Positions 29,368 through 40,286 are shown, counted from the stretch's first letter. The stretch is 64,000 nucleotides of DNA from an uncultured virus (IMG/VR IMGVR_UViG_3300017971_006749) (IMGVR_UViG_3300017971_006749), one strand, 5' to 3'. The notes: generated by a model not told the origin, from the sequence alone. Numbers and translations are program-made.

Positions 29368-30132
29368 TTATATCCTCTCTGGAAATTCTCTAATCATTAA
29401 ATCATCTGGAATAGGCTCTTTGTTGCTCATGTGTTTCATAAAAAAAGCCACTCCATGCTCTCGACACATATCTCTAATCTCTCTAGCCCAATCAGGATTC
29501 ATATAACGTGCACCCGGCCCCGTCTCAGCCCCTACAATACACCAGCTTATCCCGGATAAAGCTAAATGTTTTAATGATTCAAGTAATGGCTCACATGATA
29601 GGAACTTAGTCTGGGCATCTATGGCTCGCAAATCGTCTATACGATACAAATTCTGCTCATTCTCTACAGTAACACCCATCCATATATTTGATGTGAAATG
29701 AAGTCCTAAGCCCCGATGGTTACACAAGTCCTCCATCCTCTTCGATCTCTTAGTAAGTACCTGCCATATATGTTGATCATATCTATTCATATTCTCAAAT
29801 AACCAGTCTATATACCAGTATGGCACATCTTGATGAAAAGTGTCGGACATAGAGTTTAGGAACACACTTCTTGGCTTCTTCCAATCCGACACTTCCTGCC
29901 ATGTTTTAGGGTGAATCTTTATTTTATCAAAACCAAATTTATATTTATCCAATCCTTTACCCGGATTCTCACCTTTAGCTATCTTAGCATAATACATAGC
30001 CTGTAATCGTTTAGTCATTCGTCTGGCATAGCAGGAACGACATCCACTGCTGATAGCAGTACAGCCCGTGATACAATTTAATGTTTCGCCCTTCCAGCCC
30101 GGAATATGTGTCCACTCAATCTTAGTCATCAT
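29368..30132 (-). CDS. Phage Gp37/Gp68 (DUF5131) family protein
   Basis: TKIEWT, GCTAISSGCRSCYA, NSMSDTFH, LTKR, FLSCEPLL, GAETG. Confidence 0.92.
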   Translation of the reverse strand: MMTKIEWTHIPGWKGETLNCITGCTAISSGCRSCYARRMTKRLQAMYYAKIAKGENPGKGLDKYKFGFDKIKIHPKTWQEVSDWKKPRSVFLNSMSDTFHQDVPYWYIDWLFENMNRYDQHIWQVLTKRSKRMEDLCNHRGLGLHFTSNIWMGVTVENEQNLYRIDDLRAIDAQTKFLSCEPLLESLKHLALSGISWCIVGAETGPGARYMNPDWAREIRDMCREHGVAFFMKHMSNKEPIPDDLMIREFPERI

Positions 30133-30826
30133 CTTCCTCTTTTTTTAATTTTTCCCACTCTTCATTAAGGTATCTCACTTCTAACGGAAAATCTATCTCA
30201 TATTCTTCCTGAAACGTTACCTTCCCCATATCGTGAACTTCTCTATGATGTAACCTACATAAAGGCACAGCAGAATAATCAGACCCCTTAAGACCTGTTC
30301 CACCAGTCTCAGTATGATGTGCATGTGAAGGCGAACCAAAACATACTATACATTTCTTGGCACGAATCCAGTTCAGATACTCTTCCGAACGTGGTATCTT
30401 AACCTTTTGCGCCTCCATAATCTTCTCCTGTAGCTCATCAATAAAGTTCATATCCATAAATAATACTTCTAATGTTAAACTATATATTCTATCAAGTCTC
30501 TGTTTTTTACTTCCCTTCTTAGCAAGAATAATATCAATGATTTTTAATAATGCTTCTAATTCATTAGACATCATTCCTGCTTTTTTCAAGAGTCTATGAT
30601 ACATCTGTAACCAATCAATCTCGTCATCCAGTACAGTCTCAATCCTTTGCGATAATACCCATGCAAGATACGATATACGTTTAATCGTTATTGTTCTTTT
30701 ACCAGTCTCAACATCTGACCAGTATGCAGGACTACAGCCCATCACATCTCTGGCAAAGGTATTAAGTGATATATCAAGCTGCTCTCTTTGTTCTCTTACA
30801 TACTTTCCAAAAGCTTCGTTAATCAT
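30122..30826 (-). CDS. XRE HTH fused to DUF968/HNH-like domain
   Basis: N-terminal HTH (SDVETGKR); C-terminal YLNWIR..CIVC...AHH...VPLCRLHHREVH. Confidence 0.75.
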   Translation of the reverse strand: MINEAFGKYVREQREQLDISLNTFARDVMGCSPAYWSDVETGKRTITIKRISYLAWVLSQRIETVLDDEIDWLQMYHRLLKKAGMMSNELEALLKIIDIILAKKGSKKQRLDRIYSLTLEVLFMDMNFIDELQEKIMEAQKVKIPRSEEYLNWIRAKKCIVCFGSPSHAHHTETGGTGLKGSDYSAVPLCRLHHREVHDMGKVTFQEEYEIDFPLEVRYLNEEWEKLKKEEDDD

Positions 30827-31280
30827 GATCTCTCCTTCTTTCCTGTTGTTTTACAGCTACATATTTCCTCATCTGTGATTCCACTGTATCAAGCCGCTGT
30901 TTAAGACTAACCACCTCCTTTTGTAATTTCTCCAACAGTTCGATAGCTCCAGGTATATGACCTAAATCTTTCTCTATGACTTCTTTCTTAGCTGGTTTCT
31001 GAAGATTAGCAATAAATTTTTTGCCTTTACGATTATTTGGTACTTGTATCATATCCCTGCCTCTTTCATTCTTTCATGTATTGAGCTAATACAGTATTCA
31101 ACCGTATCTGCTCTGCCCTGACTTCATGTAATTGCTGGCTAATAAGCTCATCTCTTTCTTTGGAATATTCATTTACATTTCTTAACCCAAATGTTAAAAA
31201 AATTATAGCTATAGAAATGGATAAAATTATAATTGCTAATAATATCCATATCTTATTCGATATAATCATTATCCTATCTC

Positions 31281-32660
31281 CTATATCGGAAATGGTTCTC
31301 TCATATATCCTTTAGCCAAATTCTCAAATCGTAACTTACTCATATTAAACATTAACTTAATCGTTCCAGTAGGCCCATTTCGTTGCTTACGAATAATCAC
31401 TTCAGTAGTATGATCGGCTAAATCTTTATCATAATAGCTCTCTCTATATAAGAACATAATCACATCAGCATCTTGCTCTATAGAACCACTGCCTCGTAAA
31501 TCAGACATCCCAGGTCGCTTGTCAGGCGCACCTTCCACACGTCTACTTAACTGAGAAGCTACAAGAATAGGTATATTCAATTCTCTAGCCAATTTCTTCA
31601 AGCCTTTTGATACATTGCTTAATTCCTGCTCTCGATTACCATATCTTAAAGTAGGATCGCTAATCTCTTGAATATAATCTACAGCTATTAACTGAATATC
31701 ATATTGCATTTTGGCTTGGTAAGCCTTCGTTCTCAAATCGCCAATACTGATACCGGCAGTATCATCTATAACGATAGGAGCTTCTGATAACTGTCCTGCT
31801 CCTATTGCCAACTTCCGCCAGTCCATTTCTCTCACTGTTCCATCCCGCAATGATTGACATGCCACATCACTTATAGAGCCTAGCATCCTGATTACTACCA
31901 TCTCTCTGTGCATCTCTGGTGAAAATAATAATACAGGCTGCTTATTCTTCACAGCAATATGCTCAATAATTCTTTGTATTATAGCAGATTTTCCCATCGA
32001 CGGCCTTGCTCCAATCACAATATATTCTGCTTTATGTAATCCCGCTATCATAGCATCTAAATCACTAAATCCGGTCGCCATCCCTGTGATACCATCCTTA
32101 CTCTGATATGCCTCATTGATATGATTAAAAGCCTCCTTTATAGTAGACTTAAATGAGACTAAATCATTGGATTCCTTACTGGTTATATCCATCACCTTAA
32201 GTTGGCTGGTAGACATTAAATCTTGAGCAGTAACCCCATCATCAAAAGCATTATTATATATTTCAGCAGATACACTAATTATTTTCCTTCGTATAGCCTC
32301 ATCTCTAACTAGCTTGACATAATATTCTACATTCTGAATGGTAGGTATTGATTCTATCATCTCGTCTAGATATGGCACACCACCAACGGCTTCTAAATCA
32401 GATGTACTTTCTAACTGCTCGGTAATCGTAAGTAAATCTACCGGTGAGGCATTATTGAATAATGTCTCTATAGCCTTATATATCAACCTATGAGATTCCT
32501 TGTAGAAATCACCAGCATCCATTTTAGATAATACCAAAGGTACTACCTGTTTACTATCCTCTGCCATCATCATAGCACCTAAAATGGCTCTTTCCGCATC
32601 GACATTCTGCGGTGCTACCCTATCAGGCCATCTAGCTACATTAAGATTCTTGTTATCCAA
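31281..32660 (-). CDS. dnaB: Replicative DNA helicase
   Basis: AERAILGA, GARPSMGKS, VDYIQ, SQLSR, DLRGSGSIEQDAD, KQRNGPTG; probable TTG start at 32660. Confidence 0.96.
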   Translation of the reverse strand: MDNKNLNVARWPDRVAPQNVDAERAILGAMMMAEDSKQVVPLVLSKMDAGDFYKESHRLIYKAIETLFNNASPVDLLTITEQLESTSDLEAVGGVPYLDEMIESIPTIQNVEYYVKLVRDEAIRRKIISVSAEIYNNAFDDGVTAQDLMSTSQLKVMDITSKESNDLVSFKSTIKEAFNHINEAYQSKDGITGMATGFSDLDAMIAGLHKAEYIVIGARPSMGKSAIIQRIIEHIAVKNKQPVLLFSPEMHREMVVIRMLGSISDVACQSLRDGTVREMDWRKLAIGAGQLSEAPIVIDDTAGISIGDLRTKAYQAKMQYDIQLIAVDYIQEISDPTLRYGNREQELSNVSKGLKKLARELNIPILVASQLSRRVEGAPDKRPGMSDLRGSGSIEQDADVIMFLYRESYYDKDLADHTTEVIIRKQRNGPTGTIKLMFNMSKLRFENLAKGYMREPFPI

Positions 32661-33309
32661 CTTTAGCCCCCTCCCCCATCCATGCCAAAGCATTATCTAT
32701 ATTGGCTTTCTGTGCCTGTTTTGCCAATTCTAATACCTGCTGAGGAGTCTTATATCTAAATAATTCATACAGTAGCTCGGTATCTTGTGAGCTAGGAGTA
32801 TAATATCTTTTATCGAGCTGCCGTAAAAATCTGAGGCCAAAGCTATCCAATTTTTCTAGTTGATTTTGCGATATACCACCTCCCTCAGCTAGTGATGGCT
32901 TATTCTGGAATGGAATCGTTTTCCATGCCTTCTTTTTTACCTCTCTAGCTGTCTCTTCTACCTTTATCTCTTCTTCGATATTTACCTCATTTACCTCAGG
33001 AACAATAATCGAATTGACCTTATAAGTTCCCGGTCGTGACCTGCCAGCACTCTTATATGTCCATATAGCCTTATTGTCAAGTGTACATTCCTTGAATACC
33101 CTCTCCCTCAACTTTGGAATATTAGGAGAAGCTACTCCACATTTTTCAGATAGCTCACTATTACCAACCTTGAAATCTGCTGGATAGTCACGTTCTTTCC
33201 ATACCGACATTACTGCTATGAAAAAGAAATGCCCCGGTTCGCCAAGTACCTTGGGATAATCAGCCTTATTATATCGTTCCATAATGTAATCATACAATTC
33301 TTGACCCAT
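32653..33309 (-). CDS. Hypothetical, possible replication initiator
   Basis: Directly upstream of dnaB; winged-helix-like N-terminus. Confidence 0.4.
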   Translation of the reverse strand: MGQELYDYIMERYNKADYPKVLGEPGHFFFIAVMSVWKERDYPADFKVGNSELSEKCGVASPNIPKLRERVFKECTLDNKAIWTYKSAGRSRPGTYKVNSIIVPEVNEVNIEEEIKVEETAREVKKKAWKTIPFQNKPSLAEGGGISQNQLEKLDSFGLRFLRQLDKRYYTPSSQDTELLYELFRYKTPQQVLELAKQAQKANIDNALAWMGEGAKVG

Positions 33310-33313
33310 AAAC

Positions 33314-33556
33314 TCACCTCCTTTGATCTAAAATCTTTTTCACTTTAACATGCCATTTGGCAGATATCCAATGCTCAGGAATCCATCCACGTCCTCTATA
33401 TCTTCTGACCAATTTTTCAACACAACTATCGCAATAATATCGTTTATCTGGTATTTCACTAGCTAAAGCTCCACCAAAAGGTACTGAAAAATCAGCATCA
33501 TGTTTTACAAATCGACCACATTCATAACAACGTAAATCATAATAATATCTGGTCAC
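33314..33556 (-). CDS. Hypothetical Zn-finger protein
   Basis: CYEC...CDSC. Confidence 0.5.
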   Translation of the reverse strand: MTRYYYDLRCYECGRFVKHDADFSVPFGGALASEIPDKRYYCDSCVEKLVRRYRGRGWIPEHWISAKWHVKVKKILDQRR

Positions 33557-33669
33557 CTAACTACCTCCTTACAGGGCAGAACCATCACTCATTCATGATC
33601 ACCCCTCTGAAAGCTACCGGCAAGTTGGCCTGAGTAAGCGGCCAATTTGACCATCAACCTTTTTTCAAC

Positions 33670-34521
33670 TTATTCGTCTATACCAAGCATGAGTTCAATC
33701 GCCTGCCTGACGGCAGGAATATAATGCTCATATCCTAAGAGTTCCTCTCGAACGTTTCTGGCCTCTGCCAAAATAGCGTCCCAACAATTGCTATCATCCT
33801 TGATAAGCTCTTTTAGTTTATCAATCCCTGCGACAGGTTCTAATATGGCAAGCCAAAAATGCCGCTCATGATAAAACGACGGCGTAAAGGTTATTCGCTT
33901 TACCGTAATTTTTTCTGACAATAACTGCATCGAGGGGTTATTATACTCGCCGACTTTCTGATACCAGCCGACTTTCTGATACTCGCCGACTTTCTGAAAC
34001 CCGCCGACTGTCTGAGACCAGCCGACTTCCTGATACCTGCCGACTTCCTGATACCTGCCGACTTTCTGATACCTGCCGACTGTCTGAAACCCGCCGACTT
34101 CCTGATACCTGCCGACTTTCTGATACTCGCCGACTTCCTGAAACCCGCCGACTGTCTGAGACCAGCCGACTTCCTGATACCTGCCGACTTTCTGATACCT
34201 GCCGACTTTCTGATACCTGCCGACTGTCTGAAACCCGCCGACTTCCTGAAACCCGCCGACTTTCTGATACCTGCCGACTTTCTGATACCTGCCGACTTTC
34301 TGAAACCCGCCGACTGTCTGAGACCAGCCGACTGTCTGAGTACCGGCAACTATATCATGTTTTGCTACATGGTAATTGTTATGCACATAAATGCTTCCTT
34401 TTGCGTCGACCGCTCCAGCAGAAAGCGATCCCGTAATTTCGCAATCATTTGCAAATATCACTATACCATCGAACTCAATATCCCCCTCGATTTTCCTATC
34501 TTCTATCAACCGTGTTTCCAT
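33670..34521 (-). CDS. Hexapeptide-repeat beta-helix protein
   Basis: About 22 VGxxQx repeats. Confidence 0.75.
   Translation of the reverse strand: METRLIEDRKIEGDIEFDGIVIFANDCEITGSLSAGAVDAKGSIYVHNNYHVAKHDIVAGTQTVGWSQTVGGFQKVGRYQKVGRYQKVGGFQEVGGFQTVGRYQKVGRYQKVGRYQEVGWSQTVGGFQEVGEYQKVGRYQEVGGFQTVGRYQKVGRYQEVGRYQEVGWSQTVGGFQKVGEYQKVGWYQKVGEYNNPSMQLLSEKITVKRITFTPSFYHERHFWLAILEPVAGIDKLKELIKDDSNCWDAILAEARNVREELLGYEHYIPAVRQAIELMLGIDE
33945..34350. repeat. 18 bp tandem repeat, about 22 copies
   Basis: Unit variants of GCCGACTTTCTGATACCT. Confidence 0.95.
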
Positions 34522-34523
34522 TA

Positions 34524-35438
34524 TTACTCATCCTCTACTGTGATATTCTTAGACTTAGCAGCAACACCTAACAATGTCAAGAGATTATTGGCTTGCTGTC
34601 TGGAAAGTTCACCTAATCCCGATTCGGTAATATCTTTACCCATCTTAGCCTTTACAAAAGCTATGAAGTCAGGATTATCAACCCGTATATATTCCAGAGC
34701 TATAATATACTTATTGATATAATCTTCCTGATAACCAGTAAGAATATGATCATCCATGTATTTCAAGTATTCAGGCCATTCTTCTGCCTCAACTTCAGTT
34801 CTGGATGTATAATTCTTACCTTTAGAATGGAAGTACCTCAGGCATTCATCCTTCCACTCTTCATCAGTTAAGCCATATAAACTAGCTTTACCATAGGCAG
34901 TTTTCATCGCCCCTTTAGGCTTATTAGCTGACTTATCTTTGATAACAGGTGGTGTCTTAGGCTGTGGTTCATTCGCCTGTCGTCTCTCAGGAGACTTTCG
35001 CTCTATGTCGCGAGGCTCACTATCATCCTCACCAATCCTGCCTGTCAACATCCAGTAATTATAACGACGTGCATAAGTTATATTAGCTCCCAAATCTTTC
35101 ATATCATTACTGGCTACCGTAACTTCTAATTCAGTAATTAAATTATCCTCACTATATGCATGTTCCATGACAGTTATCAAGAACTCTTTATCTTCACGTC
35201 TATCCAACTTATCATATACTACTAAACCATGTCTGAGTAAATGAGGATCGGTCACTCGTCTGGTAGCTGCAAGGTCAGCATAATTATACTTCACACGGAA
35301 GCCCTGCTTCGTTGTGAAGTCCACTGCCATGTTTTTTTCCAATGGCTCGTATTCCATCATTGCAGAACACAAAGCCTCCCTTAACGATTCATGTTTAATT
35401 ATCTCCATCTGTTCTTTTTCTTTCTTCGCTTCTTCCAT
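34524..35438 (-). CDS. ERF-family ssDNA annealing protein
   Basis: KYNYADL, HGLVV, LGANITYARRY, GEDD. Confidence 0.85.
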   Translation of the reverse strand: MEEAKKEKEQMEIIKHESLREALCSAMMEYEPLEKNMAVDFTTKQGFRVKYNYADLAATRRVTDPHLLRHGLVVYDKLDRREDKEFLITVMEHAYSEDNLITELEVTVASNDMKDLGANITYARRYNYWMLTGRIGEDDSEPRDIERKSPERRQANEPQPKTPPVIKDKSANKPKGAMKTAYGKASLYGLTDEEWKDECLRYFHSKGKNYTSRTEVEAEEWPEYLKYMDDHILTGYQEDYINKYIIALEYIRVDNPDFIAFVKAKMGKDITESGLGELSRQQANNLLTLLGVAAKSKNITVEDE

Positions 35439-35701
35439 TATACGTTTTCCTCCATTTTTTCTTGTAGGTGAATCCCTACAGTCGCAGACTTCAGCACAGC
35501 CTTAGCACGTTCATCAGCCAGAAACTCACTTAGGCTATCGTATAAAGCCTCCATCTGCTCTTTAGTCATAAATACTGATATATCACTTCCATCCGATTCG
35601 ATACTCAATGTATCATAGCTGGAATTACCAGCAATGCCTTCCCATCTTTGCATCTTAAACTTAGCCTCTTCATCACGATTGATGTGTAAAATTGTAGTCA
35701 T
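35438..35701 (-). CDS. Hypothetical protein
   Basis: 87 aa, first gene after a promoter. Confidence 0.55.
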   Translation of the reverse strand: MTTILHINRDEEAKFKMQRWEGIAGNSSYDTLSIESDGSDISVFMTKEQMEALYDSLSEFLADERAKAVLKSATVGIHLQEKMEENV

Positions 35702-35753
35702 CTATCTCACCATCCTTTCTTATATCTAATAACCTAATCTATACTACTATTAT

Positions 35754-35782
35754 AGTATAACAAATTATAATTAAAAAGTCAA
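35754..35782 (-). promoter_or_regulatory. Sigma70-like promoter (shared motif, copy 2)
   Basis: TTGACT-ttttaattataatttgt-TATACT. Confidence 0.78.
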
Positions 35783-35799
35783 GAGAAAAATAAAAAGAC

Positions 35800-36459
35800 C
35801 TAGTCATCTATATGAAATATCCATTTTAATATCGCTGGCACAGCATCTTGTAAACTGCTGGCAGTATTATCAGAATACTCACTATGTTTAAACTCTTCAT
35901 CTGCTCCGTCAAGTATAATGTGTATCTTCTTACCACAACCAGCCCTATGAGCAGCTTCCATATCTGAAGGATTATCACCTATAAATACCATCTGACTCAA
36001 ATCTGCTCCCATATCTCTAAGTTCATAAAACATACCCGGCTTAGGCTTCCTGCAATTACATCCTTCATCAGGAAAATGCGGACACCAGAACCACATATCT
36101 ATATTACCATCAAATTTATGAATCTCTAAGTCCATCACTTCGTAAATAATTTGCCAATCTTCTTCATCCATTATCTCTAAACCAATAGCCTCCTGATTGG
36201 TCAATACATATTGATTGATCTCTAATTCATGAAATAATTTTAGAGTCTCTAATACACCATCTATGAATACTATATCTTTAGGCTTCGTAATATAATAACA
36301 AAGAGGTAATAGACCATCTCGATATAATTGTTGTAGCTTTTCTCTGTTTCTCCATTCTATAGGAATATCACCAGTTCCTAATGATTTGTTATTATGCCTT
36401 ATAACTCCATCTAAGTCCAATCCTATAAATCTGTCTATCATCAATTCTCCTTTTATCAA
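35800..36459 (-). CDS. gmhB: D,D-heptose 1,7-bisphosphate phosphatase-like HAD-IIIA enzyme
   Basis: LDLDGVI, TNQ, CPHFPDEGCNCRKPKPGM, IGD..SD. Confidence 0.85.
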   Translation of the reverse strand: MIKGELMIDRFIGLDLDGVIRHNNKSLGTGDIPIEWRNREKLQQLYRDGLLPLCYYITKPKDIVFIDGVLETLKLFHELEINQYVLTNQEAIGLEIMDEEDWQIIYEVMDLEIHKFDGNIDMWFWCPHFPDEGCNCRKPKPGMFYELRDMGADLSQMVFIGDNPSDMEAAHRAGCGKKIHIILDGADEEFKHSEYSDNTASSLQDAVPAILKWIFHIDD

Positions 36460-36791
36460 AATAATTTGTTATGTCTATATGGACGTACTTGATTGGTTTC
36501 CAAAACCTTAATAAGCATCTTACCCAAATTTAACTTCCTTGCACCGGCATAATCACAGATACGAACAATACAATCAGCTAATTCATGAGTAACTTGATCT
36601 TTCCGCTGTTGGTCAGTACCACATAATCGTAAGGCCTCCAATGCTTCAGATAATTCACTGTGCATTAAAGCTATTAACTCACCGTCATTTCGTTCTGATT
36701 CCCACCAACCTTTACTCTCAGCCGTTCCATGAGCAATTGCAACTAAATGATTTATTCCATCTTCTATAACCATTTTTATAGTATTATTCAC
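36456..36791 (-). CDS. MazG-like NTP pyrophosphohydrolase
   Basis: LMHSELSEALE...ELADCIVRICD...N..RPYRH. Confidence 0.85.
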   Translation of the reverse strand: MNNTIKMVIEDGINHLVAIAHGTAESKGWWESERNDGELIALMHSELSEALEALRLCGTDQQRKDQVTHELADCIVRICDYAGARKLNLGKMLIKVLETNQVRPYRHNKLF

Positions 36792-38179
36792 TTTGCCTCC
36801 TTTCGTTGTCCAACTCGTAATACATTATCATCAATATCAAACCACACCTCACCTACTTCTGCCATAGCATGTTCTTGTGTGACACCCTCTTTCAGAATAA
36901 AGAATACCTTTCTAGTAGCAGGAGCTTCTGATGGCTCTATTGGAAAAGTAGCCTCTCCTACCTTATAGATACTCCCTGAATGTTCGGTTCTATATCCAAC
37001 ACCCACAAACCATGTACCATCTATCATCTCAAAAGAATATGGCTTGTCCAGCAGAGTAAATTGTAATAAGCCAGTCCATTTTATTAAATCTGTAGATGCT
37101 GAAATCACAGCGATATGCGCTGTCCCAACTTCTGTGGAAGTCAATACATAACAAACACCATTTCTGATAAACATATCTCTGACAGATTTATCCTTGAAAT
37201 AATCTACAAGCTGAGGCTGGTCGCCAAACTTTTTCAATACTACAAGTTTAGGATTGGCTAATGATGCAACTCCTCCTAAGTTTACCATATAGACAAGTTC
37301 ATCATTCCATATATCAACCTTGCTATGTGTGATAGCCTGTCCTGTACCCCAACGATAATCTACCAACATCTTATCAACCGTAGTATCATAACGATATATA
37401 CATGGCTTGCTATTCTGATCTGCGCCAAAGACATATAGCACACCATTATTGACAATAGCCTCACGATAATAGCTGGCATCAGTATCAGTTAATCCATCTA
37501 TTCCGCTCCATATCTTACCACCATCGACAGATTTTAGAACAGCACTAGACCTATTAGCACCTGACATCGTGATATAGATTGTAGAAGCATCAAAAGCTAT
37601 ATCGAACAGATGATATGCTCGAGGGATTGTCTGTAATTGTTTCCATCCAACATTCTTGCCACGTTTATATAAAGTTCCTTTATACACAGCACCATGTGGG
37701 TCAATACCCGGAGTATATAGAATATCTGCATATTCCCTGAAAATATGTAGCTCTTCCTCTATCGTATTGAATTCTCGTATAAAATTACCATTTATATCAA
37801 ATGAAATGATAGGTACATAACTTGCCCCGCCAATATAGTCACCAGTCCCGACATATATTTTTCCATTATAGGCATACATATCCCACGAAACACGTTTAAT
37901 CCTATTACTAATTGTCGCTGGCTCTGAATATCGGTAAAGCATAGGATTACCAATTATCTCAACTTCTGCTTGAACATTGTAGACCATTATTATCATTATT
38001 AAAATTGGTAATATCTTTTGTATTTTATTCATAACCCTTTCTCTCCAATTTAATTTTCTAGGTACGATCATACATCTACAGTTAATAGGAGTAAAACGTA
38101 CTCCACTGCCTTGTGAGATATATATCATATCAAATAACTCCAATAATTCTTCCACTGTTAATCCTTCAGGTATTCTCAA
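36788..38179 (-). CDS. Secreted beta-propeller-like protein (likely start 38032)
   Basis: Signal peptide MNKIQKILPILIMII..VQA; YNGKIYVGTG and Asp-box KSVDGGKIW. Confidence 0.65.
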   Translation of the reverse strand: MRIPEGLTVEELLELFDMIYISQGSGVRFTPINCRCMIVPRKLNWRERVMNKIQKILPILIMIIMVYNVQAEVEIIGNPMLYRYSEPATISNRIKRVSWDMYAYNGKIYVGTGDYIGGASYVPIISFDINGNFIREFNTIEEELHIFREYADILYTPGIDPHGAVYKGTLYKRGKNVGWKQLQTIPRAYHLFDIAFDASTIYITMSGANRSSAVLKSVDGGKIWSGIDGLTDTDASYYREAIVNNGVLYVFGADQNSKPCIYRYDTTVDKMLVDYRWGTGQAITHSKVDIWNDELVYMVNLGGVASLANPKLVVLKKFGDQPQLVDYFKDKSVRDMFIRNGVCYVLTSTEVGTAHIAVISASTDLIKWTGLLQFTLLDKPYSFEMIDGTWFVGVGYRTEHSGSIYKVGEATFPIEPSEAPATRKVFFILKEGVTQEHAMAEVGEVWFDIDDNVLRVGQRKEAK

Positions 38180-38601
38180 TATAATGCCTCCGAAGGTTTA
38201 GCTTTATTAGTCAATTCATCCTCGAAAGTAGAGACTTCCAACAATAATACAAATTGTCTGGTAGCTGTCTCGAAATGATGATATTGACCTGCTGGAATTA
38301 AAGTTTGCTGCCCTGCTTGCATATCAAGAACTTCATCGACGACATCTGGAATGTCCATCTCAAACTTCGTTAATCGTAATTCACCTGACAAGACTTGGAA
38401 ATATTCTGACTTAGTATCGTGATTATGTTTAGATGATCTGAAGCCCGGGAAGATTACTAACAGTTTACAACACAAGCCCAATTCCCGATCATTCACCAGC
38501 CACTTTTCATAGCCCCAGATATGTCCTTCGTCCGTATGAACAGCCTCTAAATCATCAATGTTTAATGCAAATATATGTGGAAACTTAATCAATCCCATCA
38601 A
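38176..38601 (-). CDS. Cupin protein (sugar isomerase-like)
   Basis: WGYEKW, SSKHNHDTKSEYF, IPAGQYHHF, EVST. Confidence 0.8.
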   Translation of the reverse strand: MMGLIKFPHIFALNIDDLEAVHTDEGHIWGYEKWLVNDRELGLCCKLLVIFPGFRSSKHNHDTKSEYFQVLSGELRLTKFEMDIPDVVDEVLDMQAGQQTLIPAGQYHHFETATRQFVLLLEVSTFEDELTNKAKPSEALY

Positions 38602-38717
38602 TACCTCCTAAAACGTCCATATTTGGCTTGTATGCTGTTTCCAGTCAAGCACTAATAAATACCCACATACGATACCGAATCGCCGACAAGCCCCGTTTCT
38701 GTCCGTTTAACAGCATA

Positions 38718-38990
38718 TTACTCGAAGCCAGCCAACTCCATTAACTCATCCATGTCCTTATCGCTATTATCAGAAACTAGATGATCCAGTAATCCTTCTT
38801 TATACTGTTTAGCAATCTCCACCAATCCACCCAGAACCTTATCCTTTGGAAAACCACCACTAATATTGAATGTGGTCTTTTGTTTTCCATCTTTATCAAG
38901 ATATATAGCACAGGCAAATTGTGGAATTATACTACTTTCTGGCATTTCTTTCTTGGAACTCGATGACTTCATCTGTACTATCTTTGGCAT
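38718..38990 (-). CDS. Hypothetical protein
   Basis: 90 aa, coupled to the upstream gene. Confidence 0.5.
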   Translation of the reverse strand: MPKIVQMKSSSSKKEMPESSIIPQFACAIYLDKDGKQKTTFNISGGFPKDKVLGGLVEIAKQYKEGLLDHLVSDNSDKDMDELMELAGFE

Positions 38991-40003
38991 TATTTCTCCT
39001 CTCCATACAATAGATTATATTCTGAATCCCATTCTTGATTACTAATAACTCTAGCACCATTCGTTTTATAACACTGTACTCTGGCAGCCGCATTAGCTCT
39101 CTTAATAGCCGAAATACTATCCATGCCTGATGAATAACAAATAGTATAAGCCGCTACGAAAGTATCACCACAGCCACAGGTATTGATCTCACCTCCTGCC
39201 TCTTGTGACCTGACTAAAGTTTCTTTAATATCAGAATAATGAGTGTTATCTATATGATTAGGCTTATTGTATAAAGCCGCTCCAACTCCTCTTAATGTCA
39301 AGAGAATTTCTTTTGCTTTAGTCATCATAAATAAACTGTAAATTCTCGATATTCTATCTAAAGTAAGTTTAGAACCAGTATGATTTATAAGTTCCTCTTC
39401 ATCCAGAATGATAGTACCATTTAAACCTTTCAATAAAGATATACGTTGTCGGCTCATCCCTATAATAGGACAGGTAATATACTCCCGTATAGCATTAAGA
39501 ATTAAAGGTGTTAATATGCCCTCACCATTCTCATCATAATCAGCCACAATCAATATATCTACTTCTTCTGATAAACACTGTATATGACGTACTAGCTCAT
39601 GCTGTACTTTCATAATAGGAGGCTCAATTACTTCATTAGCTCTGAATATATGCTCACCGATATCGGTATAATACTTTACATAAGCAGGAGTTCCATTACC
39701 TAATATCATGTGTTTGCTATTTACGAAACCCTCCATCCAGATATTATATAATTTTTTGCTATTATCATCCTCTAATGGATTCCACACACCACAGGGCAAC
39801 ACCCTGACACCCCACTCCTGAAGCAAGTCTACTATATTACCTGCTCCGCCGCCAGTATAAGACGTTTCTTTGGTGTCAAATATGCCCATACCATCTTTCT
39901 CTCTGGACATCGCTATACCATAACTGCCAATATAGTCTTTATCAAGTGAATGGTCGCCTAAGACACCTACTATGGTATCACACTTTCTCCAATTCATTAT
40001 CAT
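38990..40003 (-). CDS. PfkB-family kinase, HldA/RfaE domain I-like (heptose-7-P kinase)
   Basis: VLGD..LDK, GGAGNI, VADYD, NTCGCGDTF. Confidence 0.78.
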   Translation of the reverse strand: MIMNWRKCDTIVGVLGDHSLDKDYIGSYGIAMSREKDGMGIFDTKETSYTGGGAGNIVDLLQEWGVRVLPCGVWNPLEDDNSKKLYNIWMEGFVNSKHMILGNGTPAYVKYYTDIGEHIFRANEVIEPPIMKVQHELVRHIQCLSEEVDILIVADYDENGEGILTPLILNAIREYITCPIIGMSRQRISLLKGLNGTIILDEEELINHTGSKLTLDRISRIYSLFMMTKAKEILLTLRGVGAALYNKPNHIDNTHYSDIKETLVRSQEAGGEINTCGCGDTFVAAYTICYSSGMDSISAIKRANAAARVQCYKTNGARVISNQEWDSEYNLLYGEEK

Positions 40004-40286
40004 TCCTTTCTGTCCAATAATATAACAAGTCCATAGACTTAAGATAGTCTTTAATCATCTCGCCATTAGGAAAAGTATCAAATGATTTTATCAACATTTT
40101 CGTTGATTCTTCCATACCTTCTGCTGGTATACGAAGAATCTCAGCAAGGGTAATCATCTCTTCAGAAGCCACAGTCTTTCCCAAATCAGTCATACGATTT
40201 GCCAATCGTCTATAAGTCTCAACTAAATTTGTTTGTAACTTTGCTATTGTCGCATAATCTAATTGTATATCCGATAATTCAACCAT
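39978..40286 (-). CDS. Hypothetical protein
   Basis: 102 aa, GGAGG RBS. Confidence 0.55.
   Translation of the reverse strand: MVELSDIQLDYATIAKLQTNLVETYRRLANRMTDLGKTVASEEMITLAEILRIPAEGMEESTKMLIKSFDTFPNGEMIKDYLKSMDLLYYWTERNDNELEKV

Noticed and set aside
33900..34349. 149 aa RKSAG-repeat ORF
   Set aside because: Alternative frame of the same repeat; the 283 aa frame has unique flanking domains and fits the operon
33945..34350. 18 bp repeats as a CRISPR array or DGR
   Set aside because: No unique spacers, no cas or reverse transcriptase gene; the repeat is in-frame coding sequence
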